DNA from: Candidatus Undinarchaeota archaeon | GTDB lineage: Archaea; Undinarchaeota; Undinarchaeia; Undinarchaeales; UBA543 | Direction: 5' to 3' | Assembly (NCBI GenBank): GCA_964567575.1 | Contig: CAZMMZ010000005.1 | Span: 28,715 to 67,177, forward strand | DNA length: 38,463 bases | Shown here: piece after piece, positions 36,201 to 38,463 of the stretch | Position numbering within the stretch: the stretch's first letter is position 1 | Layout of the letters: each line of letters starts with the position of its first letter | The notes under the pieces: generated by a model | Database searches by the model: none | The model's input: only the letters and a program-made list of their open reading frames with translations | Told to the model about the DNA's origin: nothing | Position numbers and translations under genes: made by a program

Positions 36201-37070
36201 TTATTAAACAGCACAGAATCAAATGTCACAATGTCTGCGCGGGTTTATACGTCTGATCCAAATTCAACAGCAGGACCTGATGGAAAAATAAATGTTTCAC
36301 AATTCTATGAATTTATTCCAGACAACACAGTTGTTTCAGCTTTAGGCTATACAATTGTTGATATGTATTATGACCAAGATGATGTAGCTGGAAATTTAAA
36401 TGAATCTTCTTTGAAAGTTTACAAACTTTCTGGGGGTTCATGGTCTTTAGCATATTCTCCAACACCAATTGTTGTTGACACAACAAACAATTATGTTCGT
36501 GTAAATCTCACAAGCTTTAGTATGTATGGTTTATTTGGAAGTGCTAATGTTGAAGAAGAAGCTGAAGATTCTCCTTCTCCTGGTGGTGGCGGACCTTCTG
36601 GTGCTCCAAATCCAAAAGAAGAAAATGAAGAAGAGGAAGAAGAAGTTGAAAAGGAAATTGAAGTAATTGAAGAAAAAATTGAAGTCATTGAACTTAAAGA
36701 AAAAGTTGAATCTCTTTCTTCTGAAATTGATTCAATAAAAGCAGATGATTCTAAAAAGAAAAACAGTGATGCGTCACAGCTTATTGAAAAAGCAGAAAAT
36801 CTTTTGCAACAAGCATTATCTGCTGCTAATAATGGAGATATTGAAACTGCAAATAATCTTTACAATGAAGCTCAATCTTATATCTACGAAGCCAGAGCTA
36901 TGTTAAAAGCAAAATCACAAAATAAAGTTCTTGGTTTTGTAAATCTCGCATTCAAAAAGAGTTGGAAAGCTGGTTTAATCAGTTTATTCCTCTTATCTTG
37001 TTTAGTTTTTATTTTTCAATACAAAAAAAGAAATATTTCGCCGGCAAATTCTAATTCCGGTTTAACATAG
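33270..37070 (+). CDS. Secreted membrane-anchored S8 subtilase (KP-43-like) with Ig/FN3-like C-terminal domains
   Basis: Triad: IAEWDGG (D), HATHVGGII (H), GTSMAAP (S); FAAGN oxyanion; ATAKN, SSWGPTDDGRIKP, LVNDLDL; C-terminal TM + KKR. Confidence 0.93.
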   Translation: MKKRILLIGLLIIAILISGSLAASADAPIILKSRKIATTQQIQVEPALRGMNNEAQANVKSHKILQFDHPISEQERKQLENQGVILSDYMPGNAWMASYTPSQESVLEDYGLKFKTELQSTDKLDSGLLELEGNLKVSIKFYDDVSKGSVQSVVSKYSGDFGEDISSIITSIDSSKLLDIASEDSVQWIDFAGYEKISYLDGARAAAWVNQVQANPYLYNGSGVTIAEWDGGWADINHNAFSGRAIVGDSVDQGALSCRNTTGGTSLCGPDNHATHVGGIIAGNGSASGQYRGMAPNASLITYEWPDNESETIAEINHSIDAYSAIVSSNSWGFGVDNNYCSLLGYYHSQSKWFDNLSNWGINGSNYITFVFAAGNYRNDNVCDISNNPYNNTAGPGATAKNPITVGSVNSNDESMTSYSSWGPTDDGRIKPEVVAPGDEVGGNRIYSTGTGNSYYSTGGTSMAAPVVSGIVALMHQAYRDTHNNADQRPATDKAILTHTAKDLNNTGPDYSTGFGLVNATQAIAKILEYSNNTDVIIENTLSADSNTSYTIYANNTNDPLKFTLAWDDLPPSNLPAISLVNDLDLLVYAPNGTRYYPWVLNHTVPNTPASQNQSDYLNPIEQIYVGDVAVGIWTITVNSSASQIGTQTFSLVTSHDTNYESKSPPAIATNLTNRSMSYTWIYWDWILPDDPDFNHTEVWINDSFYANVSSPTSSYNFTNATINTLYEIQIRTADNYGNINTTWVNNTTRTPQDTTPPEVVLTSPIPTFNTSSSQVSFTCNATDDHDISSITLFTNISGTWKANETSNVSGTSAGVSFTNMSNISDGNYIWNCQVNDSSQNNISFASDRIFVVDLEEANITDVTPQRLVNRTEIINFTTLVTDSHGVGYVELNISGTKYNLTKESSASNYYNYTLDTTNFVTKVYDYSITAYDIVRNTNSTANEIEIAEKIYSNTTSSISARTLTKVLNHEEVQLSLLLNSTESNVTMSARVYTSDPNSTAGPDGKINVSQFYEFIPDNTVVSALGYTIVDMYYDQDDVAGNLNESSLKVYKLSGGSWSLAYSPTPIVVDTTNNYVRVNLTSFSMYGLFGSANVEEEAEDSPSPGGGGPSGAPNPKEENEEEEEEVEKEIEVIEEKIEVIELKEKVESLSSEIDSIKADDSKKKNSDASQLIEKAENLLQQALSAANNGDIETANNLYNEAQSYIYEARAMLKAKSQNKVLGFVNLAFKKSWKAGLISLFLLSCLVFIFQYKKRNISPANSNSGLT

Positions 37071-37151
37071 AAGCATTTATAAGTGGTCGTTAGCTAAATG
37101 TGAGATAGAAGAATTTTTCTGATTCTTCTTTTTAAATTTCGTGGGGAAACA

Positions 37152-38463
37152 ATGGCTGAAAATAAACTATCAAAGTATGTTATACTTTCAATAATGACTA
37201 TATTGTCTCTATTACTCATTGCAAGTTCAGTGAGTGCTTTTGAGGGATGTAAAAATTCTGATGGTAATTCTGTTGAGAATTATTCTTCTGGTGATTGGTC
37301 ACTAAATGAATCTTTAACTTGTTATAATCGAGTTATACCAAATATGACTGGTAATATGACAACTACAAATTCTACATTCACCTTTATTTTCATTAACTCG
37401 TCAATTAATATGAGTGGTAACCTTACATCAAATGCTTCTATTACTTTTGCTGCTTCAAATCTTACAATAAACAGCACGGTTCAAGTTGTTAATGGAATTT
37501 ATCTTACTGCAGCAAATTTCAGTATTATAAATGGGTCATTACTTACTTCTAATAATACTAATGCTGGTTTTGATGTTTCTATTGACAGAAACTCCACAAT
37601 GTATGTGAATGAATCTGTTGTTGAATATGTTGCTAATGGAACTAACCATGGGTTTGTTTCTGAAGGTAATTTAACCATATTCAACTCAACATTTTCTAAG
37701 TCTGTAACAAATGCATACGCACTTATTGTAAATAATGGGACAACTACGGTTTCTCGTGGTGCGTTTATGACAAACTTTAATGGGATTCTTGTTAATCAAT
37801 CAACTTTCACTATAACAAACAGTAATATTACTGGAACAACAGGATCTTACAGCTTTGCATCTTGGAAGCAGAATGTTACTTTTAATAATACATCTGTTGT
37901 TAATGTAACGTCCTTCTTGAATAATACTAACATTACAATGTCTTGGCCAGTCAGATTTACAATTAATAATAGTTACTCAACACCTAATACAACATTTTAT
38001 CCACTAGTCGGAAGTGCAACTATTTTAATCACATCTTCATCTGATTCTGGCTTTGATAACCAGACTCTAACAACTGATGTGAATGGTACAACTTCTGTCA
38101 TCTACCTAAATGAGTATGTTAAAAATGGTTCATTACCATCTGCCAATGTGACCTTTGCAGCTTATACACTTAATGTTTCTTCATCTCTTGGCAACTTCAG
38201 TGCATGTACTATTAATGTTTCAATGGCAATGGATGGTGCAATAGATGGTGTTAATCGAGGTAATTGTTCTGTCTATGAAGTTTTCAATAATGTATCACTA
38301 GCAAAAATGGCAACATCTGCAACAGCGCCTCCTGGTTCTTTTGCTAATGTAACTTTAACAATTGAGAATGTTGGAAACGGTGGAAATCCAATTAATTGGA
38401 GTCAGATAAATCTTTCAAGTAATGCATCAGGAACTTGGAGTATCAGTTTCACAAATACTTCAG
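37152..38463 (+). CDS. Secreted Asn/Thr/Ser-rich glycoprotein, 5' part only (runs off window); not in ORF track
   Basis: Own translation: open for 437 codons, signal peptide MAENKLSKYVILSIMTILSLLLIASSVSA, ~44 N-x-S/T sequons, beta-helix-like repeats. Confidence 0.85.
   Translation, partial: MAENKLSKYVILSIMTILSLLLIASSVSAFEGCKNSDGNSVENYSSGDWSLNESLTCYNRVIPNMTGNMTTTNSTFTFIFINSSINMSGNLTSNASITFAASNLTINSTVQVVNGIYLTAANFSIINGSLLTSNNTNAGFDVSIDRNSTMYVNESVVEYVANGTNHGFVSEGNLTIFNSTFSKSVTNAYALIVNNGTTTVSRGAFMTNFNGILVNQSTFTITNSNITGTTGSYSFASWKQNVTFNNTSVVNVTSFLNNTNITMSWPVRFTINNSYSTPNTTFYPLVGSATILITSSSDSGFDNQTLTTDVNGTTSVIYLNEYVKNGSLPSANVTFAAYTLNVSSSLGNFSACTINVSMAMDGAIDGVNRGNCSVYEVFNNVSLAKMATSATAPPGSFANVTLTIENVGNGGNPINWSQINLSSNASGTWSISFTNTS

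Overview
AT-rich archaeal chromosomal segment, probably from a DPANN-type archaeon (inferred from surface/membrane protein styles and a housekeeping cluster stripped of its isoprenoid genes). 1-7.1 kb is the conserved exosome/proteasome superoperon (Pop5, PsmA, SBDS, Rrp4/41/42, L37ae, RpoP, Pcc1, PfdB, DHH, UPF0147, SepF). It is followed by aCPSF1-psmB, eno-rps2-MEMO1-RNase J-(Yip1)-gltX, an S-layer-like glycoprotein, ftsZ2, asnS and two tRNAs (Glu-CTC, Ala-GGC). From 22.7 to 30.5 kb lies an accessory-rich stretch around the ribosome-recycling ATPase ABCE1; NusA-like, YchF, a subtilase and a heavily sequon-laden secreted protein close the window. Strongest unexplained signals: (1) a 242-bp dual-coding overlap in which the Lys/Arg-rich tail of a histone-H1-like protein is written in the -1 frame of a HIT hydrolase, with a sharp codon-usage switch at the overlap end; (2) an in-frame 21-codon uORF in front of ABCE1 that copies ABCE1's own first codons around a GC-rich insert, with an inverted copy of that insert just 3' of the gene; (3) an identical 47-bp palindromic element at two loci 13.9 kb apart; (4) an HD hydrolase split by a ~255-aa insertion and a pair of paralogous multi-winged-helix proteins. 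No CRISPR array, integrase or transposase seen. All family calls are from motif recognition only; no database search was run.
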